From NCBI RefSeq assembly GCF_006345805.1, contig NC_043002.1, positions 29,016,001 to 29,080,000 of the forward strand: a stretch of 64,000 nucleotides of DNA, given 5' to 3'. The stretch is from Octopus sinensis (taxonomy: Eukaryota). The notes under the pieces were generated by a model. That model ran no database searches. It was not told the DNA's origin and was given only the letters and a program-made list of their open reading frames with translations. Shown here one piece after another: positions 43,465-56,149 of the stretch. Both the position numbers and the translations under genes were made by a program. Numbering within the stretch: position 1 is the stretch's first letter; each line of letters begins with the position of its first letter.

Positions 43465-43920
43465 ATGTGTGTGTGTATATTGTGTGATCCCATAAATAAT
43501 GCGGTATTTTATACTTTTATTTTTCATAATTAAGATAAACAAAGTGCTTTTTTAATCTAAGATATACTCTCCTTCATTTTCTACAATGCTCTTCCAACTA
43601 TCTGATAGACTTGCATGGCCCCTCTAACCAAATTTACTTGTCTGTGACGAAAAATACTCCTCCAGTACTGCTCTAACCTCTAACCACAGAATTCATATTT
43701 TGTGTCCTGTTTGGTGAAAACACAAAGTCTGCTTTTAAAAGCGAAGCTAAAAATCATGCTTATTAAACATATTGTTGTAAAATTTGTAATAATTTGGTTT
43801 TTACCATTATTTTTTTATTTCGTATTGGACTGATTATGTAGCTCGCACAGTTTAAATTCATTAAACGCATAGATAATATAAAAAGTAGAGAAAGATGAAA
43901 AGGAATGCAGTACGGAGACT

Positions 43921-43956
<36 letters not shown>

Positions 43957-44205
43957 TACGTATATAATTACCAATAGCATTCACCCTTCGAAAATACATC
44001 ATATATACACAAATCCCACTCCTCATTCACATCATCCTCACCGTCGATATCATCACGTTAATCATCACCATCATCACCATCATCGTCATCATCATCATCA
44101 TCGTCATCGTCATCATCATCATCGTCATCGTCATCATCATCATCATCATCATCATCGTCATCATCATCATCGTCATCGTCATCATCATCATCATCATCAT
44201 CATCG

Positions 44206-44246
<41 letters not shown>

Positions 44247-44298
44247 GTCATCGTCATCATCATCATCATCATCATCATCATCGTCATCATCATCATCG

Positions 44299-44330
<32 letters not shown>

Positions 44331-44723
44331 GTAACCATTAATTAACCTCGTAATCATCGTCAGGAAGAAAACCACCATGAATGTGATACAACTCTGTATA
44401 TGTGTTGTGTTACTTATTCTTAACTGTTTCCGTGACATTGTGTAAATACATTTTGATGCCCACTACCATTCCATCCGCTATCGTTCAACACTCCCTAGAC
44501 GTTGTCTTGTTGATAGGAGGGAGCTTCAGTAAAACAAGTCCCATACGCTTGACAGTCATTCCCTGCAGCAGAAAGTCTCTTTCAGTGCATATTCTCTGTC
44601 TCTCTGTATCTCTGTCTGTCTGTCTATCTCTCTCTGTACCTATCTGGATATGTACGTATATATATATTATATGTATATATATATATATTTTTATATATAT
44701 ATATATATACGTGTGTGTATATA

Positions 44724-44784
<61 letters not shown>

Positions 44785-44785
44785 C

Positions 44786-44847
<62 letters not shown>

Positions 44848-44869
44848 GTGTGTATGGTGCCATTGAGAC

Positions 44870-45075
44870 TGAGCTTGTCCCCACCACACCTTGACAACTT
44901 GACAACCGGTGCTGTTGTGCTTACGGCCCCATAACCTAGCGGTGCGGCAAAAGAAGCCCGATAGAATATGTGCTAGACTTAAAAATAAGTTATGGAGTCA
45001 ATTTATTCGGCTAAAACCCTTCAAGGCAGTGCCCCAGCATAGCCGCAGTCAAATAACTGAAGCAAGTAAAACATA
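44870..45075 (+). mobile_element. SINE family B, 3' half
   Basis: CTTGACAACCGGTGCTG..GCAGTCAAATAACTGAAGCAAGTAAAA. Confidence 0.8.
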
Positions 45076-45487
45076 GAAGATGAAAAAAAAGTGATGTATG
45101 TATTTACGTGAGTGTATATCTGTAAGTATGCGTAGGTATGAACATGTGTCTCTATATGTATGCATACGTCTATTTAGGCTGATATGTATATAGCGATGGA
45201 TAATGAAGGATAATGTTGTTGATATGCTTATCGTTTTCCCAAATAATGATGCATGGTGATGCTGATGTTGAAGAGGACGAGTAAAATGAGGAGAGAAGTC
45301 AAAAAATGAATGATTTGATTTTGCATACCGGAAATACACATGCAAACAGTTGTTGTTTAGTACACCTAATAGAAAGGATAATCACATAAACGCTTATAGC
45401 TACTCACATCCACACATATACACTCAGTGACTTGTATACAGACATACGCTAACACATACATCTATCGATCTGTCTGTCTATCTGTCC

Positions 45488-45604
<117 letters not shown>

Positions 45605-45630
45605 CCTCATAAGAGGATATCTATCCACAC

Positions 45631-45671
<41 letters not shown>

Positions 45672-45879
45672 GTGAAATAGAAAGATGAATAATCTTGTAG
45701 CAGATTAATCAAAAGTTTAACCGATACCTTGGTAGCAAAAATCACAGCAGAAGACAGCACGGTTGGAGGTACAACCATATGGTGTTGCAACCGTGCGTTG
45801 GTGCGGATAATTGAATTTTAATATTATTGGTGAATTGAAGAAATGGAGCTGAACGAAGATTGAACAGAAATCGTTTTAT

Positions 45880-45966
45880 TTCATTCTACACGTGTTTCGA
45901 AAGGCACAATTTACCAAAATCCGATTGAATAATGAGACCATATTGTGTCTTTCTCTTCAGGAAGAA
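45880..45966 (-). ncRNA. Type I minimal hammerhead ribozyme (mirror copy)
   Basis: Exact reverse complement of 46567-46653. Confidence 0.75.
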
Positions 45967-46566
45967 ATAGGAAATCCGTTGGAAAAAACAAAAACAGAAC
46001 AGAGGCGGAGCAAAACAAATCGAACTAGGCTCCTAAGAGCCCATGGCAAAACTGTTTATCAGTGTATGTTGAGAACCGGTGGTTGAAGATTTTAACGGGT
46101 CAGGCAGCGGTCATTCCGCACACATAAAACATAAAATATTTTTCTGCCACCCAACGTTTTTTCTACAGTAGCCATTGGGTAGAGCTGCTTAACAACTGAC
46201 AGCCGAGCGATCAAACGCACACACGTACACAAAAAATGTTTTCTACCCCTTGACGGAGTTCTTGCCAACCTGCGCCAGCACACATATATAGAACAGTAAA
46301 CACACACATGTCTCTAAGTAGATTTTTTCTCGCCCCTTATAATACATCCAATATTCCTTAAATAGTCAGAACTTTATTCTCGGTCACAAAGAACATCTAC
46401 ACACCCTCACCCACAGGAATGACCGCTGCCTGACCCGTTAAAATCTTCAACCACCGGTTCTCAACATACACTGATAAACAGTTTTGCCATGGGCTCTTAG
46501 GAGCCTAGTTCGATTTGTTTTGCTCCGCCTCTGTTCTGTTTTTGTTTTTTCCAACGGATTTCCTAT

Positions 46567-46653
46567 TTCTTCCTGAAGAGAAAGACACAATATGGTCTCA
46601 TTATTCAATCGGATTTTGGTAAATTGTGCCTTTCGAAACACGTGTAGAATGAA
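46567..46653 (+). ncRNA. Type I minimal hammerhead ribozyme
   Basis: Stem I UUCUUC/GAA(U)GAA; core CUGAAGA (46573-46579); stem II GAAAG-A-CACAAU / AUUGUG-C-CUUUC; GAAA (46635-46638); C-ACGU-G stem III with a palindromic loop; cleavage triplet GUA (46644-46646). Confidence 0.8.
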
Positions 46654-46703
46654 ATAAAACGATTTCTGTTCAATCTTCGTTCAGCTCCATTTCTTCAATT
46701 CAC

Positions 46704-46749
<46 letters not shown>

Positions 46750-47005
46750 GGGCTGTCTGTCTGTCTATCCATCCATCCATCCATCGGTCTGTCTATCTGT
46801 CTGTCTATCTGTCCATCAATCCATCCATCCATCCATCCATCCATCCATCCGTTCGTCTGTCTGTCTGTCTGACTGTATGTCTGTCTGTCTATCCGTCCGT
46901 CCATCCATCCATTTATCCGCATCCATCTGTCTGTTTATCCATCCATCCTTCGATCGATCGATCGATCCATCCATCCATCCATCCATCCATCCATCCATCC
47001 ATCTT

Positions 47006-47039
<34 letters not shown>

Positions 47040-47041
47040 AA

Positions 47042-47080
<39 letters not shown>

Positions 47081-48279
47081 ATCTATCTATCTATCTATAG
47101 ATAATCTATACACATATATGTATATATGAATATACATGTCTGTATAATATATATATATATGTATATACATATAAACACACACACATATATATAAACACAC
47201 ACGTATATATATATAATATATATATATATATATGTATTATGTATGTTCTTGTACATACATACACACACGCACACAACACGCACATGCATACACAAGCATA
47301 CACACAGACACACACACACACGTATGAAGTGCATATATGTGAATTGCAAATATGTGAAGTACTTATAGTTAAAGTATCGTCTGCTTTAAATGGACAGTGA
47401 AGCCATCACTGTTTTTCATCTTCGACAATTCTCGTGAGATTGGTCTTCAGCAATTGTAACTTCAGAATTTAAGAGCATCCTTCCAGAGAATGGTAAAGTC
47501 TTTGGAAACCAATTTCAACTGATGCTTATGGGATCCCAATGGAGATTATCAAAGGTAGATATATCATGGCGCCTTCGCCAACTTAAACAGTTTCTTAAAT
47601 TTATCCTTACCTTCCACGACGCACATTAGTAAATGCTATTCTCTCCATTTCTCTCTCCCTCTGTCGAATTCTTTCAATTTCTATGTGCTTCTCTCACTTT
47701 TATGCCCGTTTTCCTGTTGCATCCCACTGGCTCTCTCTGTCTGTCTGTCTCTCTTTCTCTTTGTCTCTCAATCTTTCATTCACTTATTCTGACTCAAAAT
47801 GTTAGTTTATCTCGTTTAAGGTCCTTTGAAATTCACCATGTGTTTGAACCTCTTGTTTTACTTCGTCTTTCTTTACCTGCATCCATTTTACTACACTATC
47901 TCATTCGCACACGTACACATACATACACACACATACAGATGCACACAGACACACACATACTTATAGCCAGTCTGTGAGTTGCTATTACCGATTTCTAACC
48001 AATTTACATAATTTTGAATATTCAATTTGATTGGCTGCTTGGTCTATATGCGTGTGATAAGTAAAGACGCATTTACATAAAATACATACATACAAACATG
48101 CATACATACATACATAGATACACACACACACACACATATATATAAACATCATGCATACATACGCACATATATTCATACACACACACATATGCAAAGAGTC
48201 ATACATACACCCATGTATAGATACATATGTATATACACAGACATATATATATATATATATATACACACATTTTAACATA

Positions 48280-48345
48280 TGTACGTTCCTACATACACAC
48301 ACGTACGTTCCTACATACACACACGTACGTTCCTACATATACATA
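48280..48345. repeat. 22-bp tandem repeat, about 3 copies (GTACGTTCCTACATACACACAC)
   Basis: Seen directly. Confidence 0.9.
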
Positions 48346-49064
48346 GACAAGCACATACTCACATACATGCACACGCATATATTTACACATATAATATGTT
48401 AGTCTTTATCTGAAACAGCATTTCATTATCTAAAGTGGAGAAACTTTAGATTATATTCTTCACATGTCACATTGAAATTCGTTGCTACGTTTCTGAGTTA
48501 CGATGCAGAGAAGCAGGCTTTTAGTTCTAATTCCTGCGTGGATATAATTTTTACAGACATTCCTTGTTAATCCGGAAACAACGATTTTGCTAAGTACAAC
48601 TGGGATATTTAAATTAACCAGGGAGCTCTGAATGATTCTATGGAAGGTCATTATGTCGTAAAGCAGAATTGATTTAATGTCTATATTTTACTATAAGGTC
48701 TTAGTGTGAATTTAAGCGTGTGTGAGTGTGTGTAGGTTAGTCTGCTTACGTCTACCAATATGGCGCATATCAAACTAATGTACTTGCGCACCATTGCATG
48801 ATGTAACAGTCTGACGTCTTTAAACTGGAGCTGGTGATCATTACTAGCTGAGTAAAGGTGTTTATTGGACAGAATGGTGAGGAGACAATGCAAATACTGA
48901 ATAGACAACAGTGTAGCAGGTCACGAAGTCTAGTAGATAATGGACGTAAAGTATAGTTGTGACATAGGCATACATACGCGCGCACATACAAACAAGTATA
49001 CACAAGAACACGAACGGAAAGCCTTGAACACATGCGTGAACACTATGCACACACACATACACGT

Positions 49065-49535
49065 ATATTATTATTATTATCAATATTATTCAATAGCCTT
49101 ATCATCATCGCGTGCTTTCAATGCACTACCGAGCGCAGCTCTGTGTGCCTTGGGTATGTGCTGTGGTTTGTTATGATGCTCTTATTGTTACTGTATTGAG
49201 AGTGTGTCCGGTGCCTAGTAGAGCTATTTTCTGTATTTTATGTATATTTGTTAGTCCTGGTGTTTTTATGTATTTGTTTGGATATCTTTTTATCATAGCT
49301 AATGTGCCTATAATGATGGGAATTATTTCTGTTTTAGATTCCACATTCGAGTTACCTCTATTTCTAGGTCTTTGTATTTTGTAAATTTCTCCATTTCTTT
49401 TAGAGAAACGTGGTCATCTGCTGGTATTGATACATCAATTAGAAAACAATTTTTTTCTTCATGATCTCTGACAACTATATCTGGCCTGTTGGCCTTAATT
49501 ACTCTATCTGTGTATATTGGCTTATTAACTGCTAG
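49065..49535 (-). mobile_element. R4/Dong-clade 3' end (restriction-like endonuclease, 3' UTR and (TAA)n tail)
   Basis: PIYTDRVIKANRPDIVVRDHEEKNCFLIDVSIPADDHVSLKEMEKFTKYKDLEIEVTRMWNLKTEIIPIIIGTL..IQKIALLGT, ending in a TAA repeat. Confidence 0.9.
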
Positions 49536-50631
49536 ACAGGACTCAATATGCTACCAAGTAGAGTGAAGGTTTACAAATCAATGTTGTGCCTTACTTTTTT
49601 TGTGTAGTGCAATGTTCTCGTTTTAAAGTTTATCTCTGCAGATTTTCTATAGAATTCAGAGCCACGTCTTATCTTTCAGTGTTGACTATGAATTCCATAG
49701 AAAATCTGTATAGATGAACTTTTAAATGTTCTCAGAAAGTAGCCATGTTTGCTTTCATCCTCAACGAGTGCTGGGGAGTGCATAGTGATTAATGCCCAAC
49801 ACGCTATACACGCGGGTCCGAATCAGAGTATGAGGCCTATAGTAGCTCACACATAAATCCTGTAATTATGAAATTATAGACTGCTTCTCTTGTTGATCCC
49901 ACTACACAGACAGACACGCACACATATACACATATAGAGATATATATGTATTTATATGTATGCATATAACTACACAGACACGCACACACGCACACACACA
50001 TACACACACACATCTAATTATATATTTATATGTAAGTGTGTATGTGTATCTGCATAACGGTATACTCCAGAGTTATTTGTATCTGAACGCAACTCTTCTC
50101 AGCTACTACTGCGATTTCGGTACACTAATTAAGCGTTGTTAATGTTCGTTAAGGTAATTACATGACCTAATTAAGTGTTGCTAATCTTTCCTCTGTTAAC
50201 TGATGATTAAAGCAATCCAATAAGTGTTTTACTTTCGAGATTTTTTTAAATGTCATCAAATACATTAGTAGATATGGCAGAGCTTAGATTTCTAACATAC
50301 GGGTCCAAGTACAGGTATAGTGACTAGATAGAACCTTTGAAATAATTGACCTTTAAATGTAGTGACTTCCAAACTCTGTTACAGAGGGTTTAGCCAAGAG
50401 GTTTTTATGATCAATAATATGGTGTGGTACGATGTCTTTTATTTATCTTTACTATTTATAAGCTCTGATGCTAAAAGTTCCTATTGAAGCATTCACATTT
50501 ACATACTCCACTTATAAACATACGTTATATATGTTTTTGTTGTTTCTTTCCAGTTATGCATAAGCAATGCTACAGAGCCTCTCAGCTGTCATACAATCTT
50601 TGCTGAGATATAACACACTGCATTATCTAAT

Positions 50632-50839
50632 AGGTTCTGGTATTTTCTCTGCCGTTACGTTCTGAGTTCAAATTCCGCCGAGGTCGATGTTTGCCTTTCA
50701 TACTTTCGAGGTCGATTAAATCGGGGTCGATTAAATAAGTACCAGTAAATCACTGGGGTCGATATAATCGACTTAATCCCCTTGTCTGTCGTTGTTTGTT
50801 CCCTCTATGTTTAGCCCCCTGTGGGTAATAAAGAAATAA
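50632..50839 (+). mobile_element. 5'-truncated family-A SINE with a 10-bp target-site duplication
   Basis: ATTATCTAAT at 50622-50631 and again at 50840-50849 flanks the family-A body. Confidence 0.88.
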
Positions 50840-51050
50840 ATTATCTAATGTGTGCGTCATGGTATTGAGGACTGAATTGCAGTGAAATTCTGCTGTTATT
50901 TCTAGCTGGGTTATCGTGTATGATGATGACCCCTACTCAATCGCTTATATTTCAATTTTGTTTGAAACACATATCCAGGTCTTTAATCGGATGATGCTAT
51001 GACATTTTCGAATACATGCGTGCTTGCGTGTATATATACATATATATATG

Positions 51051-51092
<42 letters not shown>

Positions 51093-51093
51093 A

Positions 51094-51321
51094 GGAAATG
51101 AAGAAAATGCTGACAAAATAATTTAAGTAAGGGAGAGTGTATTTAATTAGGTGAAAGTTATCAGATAAGAGGGAAAAAAATCTATCAGAAAGGAACTCTA
51201 TCTCTCTTAAAAAATATCTTTTGATAAGCATAACAAATGCGCAACCGGTAAAAAGAACTTTCACCTAATTAAATACACTCTCCCTTACTTAAATTATTTT
51301 GTCAGCATTTTCTTCATTTCC
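51094..51321. repeat. Perfect 66-bp inverted repeat (51094-51159 / 51256-51321), 96-bp spacer, between (TA)n tracts
   Basis: Direct base-by-base comparison. Confidence 0.92.
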
Positions 51322-51397
51322 CTTTTTTATATATCACAACTCGTGTTCCACATCTCCTTTTATAAATATATATATATATATACACATACATACACAC

Positions 51398-51750
51398 ATT
51401 ATTACGGCTGCCCCTCGTTATCGAGTATGGCCATTGCACGAGGCTAAACTGTTATCGGTGCTGTGATCGAATGTGACTTTTTAGCCCAGCTAAAGATCTA
51501 CAATGTCTTGTGCAGAATTGGCAACTAAAACCCTTACCGGTAATAGCCGGCTGTAGCTGTAACTGGGCTTCATGTACCTTTGCTTGTCGTTTAAGCCCTC
51601 CTGCCGAATTACACTCTCTTCCACATGCCCGACAGATATGATTACTATGGTGTGTTACACCACCACCAGTGGCCAGGTTTTCACTCATCTGTCTCGCTTT
51701 ATGACTACGAAGATGACTCTTGAGTCTAGCTTTACTGAAGCAGGGTCTTA
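51398..51750 (-). mobile_element. 3' end of an RTE-like LINE with tandem C2H2 zinc fingers
   Basis: RPCFSKARLKSHLRSH, HICRACGRECNSAGGLKRQAKVH, FSCQFCTRHCRSLAGLKSHIRSQH, then a short 3' UTR and TAATAA tail. The RTE assignment rests on the C-x2-C-x-R-x-C-x-S-x-x-GL-x-SH signature. Confidence 0.7.
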
Positions 51751-52348
51751 CACAGACACACATACAGGCTAACATACATACATTTCTGTTTGTGCGCGCA
51801 AGCGCGTGTGTCCGTGTGTGTTATTAAGTATGTATATAGAATCAATTATGCGGATAAAGAAATCAGACACATTAAATATTTTAAATATAATAGTTGGGAT
51901 AAGATATACAAAATGTTTTTATATGTATACATGCAAAACGAGAAAAAGCAATATATGGAGACTTTCAGAAGTTGAATTTTTAAGCATGGATAAGTAGATA
52001 TTTATATTAATAGGCCCAACTTACACAGAGCAGAAAGAACAAAGAAAATTAAAGGGGTGAAAGATAAGTGTTATAAGTCAAACAGCTGTTTCTGAGAGAT
52101 TGGAGATCCATGATAATGTTCGTAGATGTAGATCATCACAATGTGCAGCCGATTGGATGCAATTGACATAAGATAAGACAGGCCTCCGTTATCAGGATAG
52201 AAATCTTACATATCAGATCTTAGTGCAGAAAATTTCAGAGATGGAATATGTACATGTGTGTGTGTGTGTATGTGTGTGTGTGCATGTGTGTGTGTATATA
52301 TATCTATATTTTTATATGTATATATCTATACCTATCTATCTATCTCTT

Positions 52349-52435
<87 letters not shown>

Positions 52436-52553
52436 ATACATATATACTCTTACTCTTTTACTTGTTTCAGTTATGCGGCCGTGATCATGCTGGAAGACCA
52501 TCGTGGATATACATACATACATACATACATACATATACATATATATATAATAT

Positions 52554-52648
<95 letters not shown>

Positions 52649-54571
52649 ATGTACATGCGCACAAGTAGCTTTTTTCTTACTTTACTTCGATAAAAGTGTT
52701 CACTAGAAAGGCTAGTCTTCTTTTCCTGTTTCATTTTTCGGCATACAATTAATTTCCCAAGACTTGTTAATTGTTTTGCATTAACATTTTATGCAAAACG
52801 TTTTGAAATTCTGTCTACTCTTTGTAACGCATCTTCTGCACCACCTTCCATTTTTGCTATATATGTGTATGTGTGGGTATGTGAGCACACATACACACAC
52901 TTAGCATATATATTGTATAAATGCGTGTTTTGTAGGTAAACATCTATGGATATATGTATGTGTGTATGTATGTACACTTGCATATTATTTATGCATTAGT
53001 TGATTCTGGTCCGATCAATAATTTCGTTATTTGTAACATGGTTTTTGCCAAAGTATATCGGACTCTGTTTTTGGCTCTATCTGACTGAGATGTCTGAACC
53101 TCTTTATGACATATCCATTTAACGTTCATGTTTCACATCTACGGATGAGTGATATAATGACGTACCTTACCACCGATATGGATTATTCCCGTTCGGAGAG
53201 TGTCGATTATGGACTACGAAATATGTATGTATACGAATAAGTTTAAGGTGGAGGGCATCCAATCGGATATTTGAGGTGGTTGTACAGGGGATATTTAAAA
53301 GGAAAATCCTGAAAATTTAAATATTAATGTTTCTGCGTGGATTGTTGAGCATGCGAACGTCTTATCAGTAGAAGAAATGCAACTGTTGAAGCTATGGAAT
53401 CTTTAAAAATTCATCCAGAAATGGGAAAGTGACAGAAAGATAACAAGATGTAGGATAACAGGGACCATCAGTGAAAGATGCACTCTGATTCTCATACCCT
53501 TTTTGTCAATGGTCCTCGAGGACCAACTAAGATCTCAAATAATTTCGAATATCGAATTTTCTACAATCACCTATCTCTGTAACACACACATCATGAATAT
53601 GCACATATACATATATACGTTTACATAAGTGCGTGTATGTGTGGTAGCGTACGTATATTTATGTATGTATATGTATATACACATACATATATGTGTGTGT
53701 GCACGCACGCGAGCGTGTATGCGTGTTTGTGTTTGTACCAGTGTAAAATAAATATTTCTTTACATTTAAAAAATATCTTTCTACCATAAATAATCATATA
53801 ATATTTGATATTTCTTGAGAGAAAGAAATCTGGATGCATATCAAACAAATCGAATCTCATGTTATAATCATGCCTATCTTCGGTGTGTATCAGATTTATA
53901 ATTCACCAGAGAATGTAAAACAGAAATGTAAAAACCATGAACTAAACTCTATATCTATCCAGTTACCTAACTAAATGGCGCATCTCTTCTATGAAATCAT
54001 AACATATTCAGGATCACGTAAAAGAAAATAATGGTAAATATTACTTAAATGCATGTGAATTTTGTCATTGGCATTACTTTTGAGACTGCTGGTTGTTTTG
54101 ACATTGCTGGTTGTTTGATAATATAATGGCATATAATGGCTGGAGTGGAAAGGGATGTGCTTCATGATGGGTTTAGAAACTGGACTGAGTCTCAGTTATT
54201 TAGAGAATTATGTCTGTTGTAACAGATTTGCGTCTAATGGAAAAGAATGTCTGTAATTATACAACGTTAATGACTGCTCTTTTTATCTCATCAATACGAA
54301 TCTATGGAATCAACCGGGGAATATATGGCGTTCGTCATTTCCTCGTTAGAATTCACTCCGTAATTAACATAGAATAAATTAAAACACAAATAGAAACTGG
54401 ATCAGATTTCAGTTTGCAATCTACTTAAGACTTGCACGAATGAGTTTACCACATATACATATATTGTAATAGAAACTGAAGCTTATAGTGATGGTATCTA
54501 TGGTAATGATGTTTCTGATTAATTAACGCTGCTACAGCTATCGCGTGGACGACAGAATTCTTACCAATATA

Positions 54572-55414
54572 CCGTATTTTTCGGTATGATAGACACTATG
54601 AAATACACCCTGATTCAAAGAAATCTTTTCGTAGCACTTTACAAAGACGCTTGTACCAAACTTTTTCGAATCAAGCCTTGTCACTATTACTTACATCCAT
54701 CCCATGGGTTGTACACTCAAATGAATTCCAGTTGGTAGTTTTTCCTTCAGTATTGTCTTTTTGTTTTGAAAATTAACAGAAGCAGTAGGAATGCCTGGTC
54801 GGTACAACAAACTGAAACTGCTGTATAGTGAGCCTTCTTATGTCCAGCAGCTTTATAAGCCACTGATTTCATCCTCTTTATGTTTACAAAATTATTAGGC
54901 GCTACATCAAAGTTCGAAGAAATTTCATTCATATTTCCAATGTGAATGAGTTTAAGACAACTCTGTGTCATAAAATTGCCAAAAAATTTACAGTGATTGA
55001 ATATTTTGTTGGGATTTTCCGTGCTAGCCTTGTTCTTGTTCACAGCCTTACGCCATTTGTTTCCAGAACCGAAACACGAACAGGTAATTTCTGAGAAATC
55101 ATTCACTCCTGTGTTTGCTGCCAACGTACTAGATTTCAAAATATTCCTCTTTGTAGTCATTGCATGTCATAGGTTTCTTTGGTCTAATATCAAAGAAAAA
55201 CTTAGGTTTCTTCTAAGTATGAGAGATTTGCTGGATGTGTATAGAGATTACTTTCTTATCTATTAGCGTTTTATATTCTGTCAGCATAGTGATTCTAACC
55301 ATTGATTTTCTAGGATTCCTCAACTCAACATCAATGTAAGAAGTAGTTTTCAGGGTGGCTGAACGGGTGCTATGTCTTGCCAAAGGGCAACCCGCGTTAC
55401 TATGCAGGGTACGG
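54572..55414 (-). mobile_element. pogo/Tc2-like DNA transposon relic (CENP-B-type DDE_1)
   Basis: IGNMNEISSNFDVAPNNFVNIK..VAYKAAGHKKAHYTAVSVCCTD..LLIFK, then KEKLPTGI..GWM. Ends are TA|CCGTATTTTTCGG and TACGG|TA. Confidence 0.85.
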
Positions 55415-55830
55415 TAGTCACATAGTGACGTATTTTCAATGTACACACCTAAGTATATACATTAAATATGAATGTATATGTATATATATATTATATATAT
55501 ATGTGTGTGTGTGTATATGTATATATACACATACATACATGCATGCATACATACATACGTACCTACATACATATAAGAACTTGTTGATATGCACAGAGAA
55601 ATGTATCCATGTATGTTTCTGTGTATGTACGCTTCTATCTATCTCTTCAAATTCCAATATCACCCACACTTCTGCACACACACACACACACGCGCACACA
55701 CACGCACACACACAGCAACACACACACAAATATCCATAGACAAATAGACAAATGCATAAACACAAATATACAGAGACACTGAGATATACAAACGTACAGA
55801 CATATTCTGACACACAGACGCAGACTTGTA

Positions 55831-55864
<34 letters not shown>

Positions 55865-55868
<4 letters not shown>

Positions 55869-56149
55869 CGTATTTTTGCCATTTCAATATGGCTAACCCC
55901 TAAGGGTGGATGCTACTGTAGTTTTTAGCCCCAGGAGGACACACTCCTCCAGCTGGCCATAGACACACTATCTGTGTCCTGTCAGTATTTGCAAAGGGAA
56001 GTCATCCCATGACTTCCCTTTGCAAATACTGACAGGACACAGATAGTGTGTCTATGGCCAGCTGGAGGAGTGTGTCCTCCTGGGGCTAAAAACTACAGTA
56101 GCATCCACCCTTAGGGGTTAGCCATATTGAAATGGCAAAAATACGTCAC
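55865..56149. repeat. Perfect 141-bp palindrome (55865-56005 / 56009-56149) with a 3-nt loop, between (TA)n tracts
   Basis: Direct comparison; centre GAAGTCAT-CCC-ATGACTTC. Confidence 0.95.

Larger units (their letters stand above)
45669..46712. mobile_element. Non-coding hammerhead-bearing element (Penelope pLTR/retrozyme-like) between (TA)n tracts, with 297-bp perfect inverted arms (45821-46117 / 46416-46712) and a 298-bp spacer
   Basis: The arms are reverse complements by eye, and the ORF track gives an identical 64-aa ORF on both strands. (TA)n lies on both sides. Assignment to Penelope-like elements is inference from the ribozyme type. Confidence 0.7.

Noticed and set aside
8377-44866. 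Long ORFs in the track (8377-9099, 9873-10622, 27479-28378, 36050-36703, 39021-39776, 40283-41032, 43895-44341 poly-His)
   Set aside because: They are stop-free readings of microsatellites with no complex coding sequence.
45892-46641. Identical 64-aa ORFs on both strands
   Set aside because: A by-product of the inverted arms; GTG start and no protein features.
47451-47554. Exon-like frame IVTSEFKSILPENGKVFGNQFQLMLMGSQWRLSK with ttcAG / AAG|gtagat
   Set aside because: Mediocre splice sites, no homology, and phase does not link to neighbouring candidates.
53171-53213. 43-nt minus-strand micro-exon candidate (tttcgtAG ... G|gtaagg)
   Set aside because: Too short to distinguish from chance; two frames are open.
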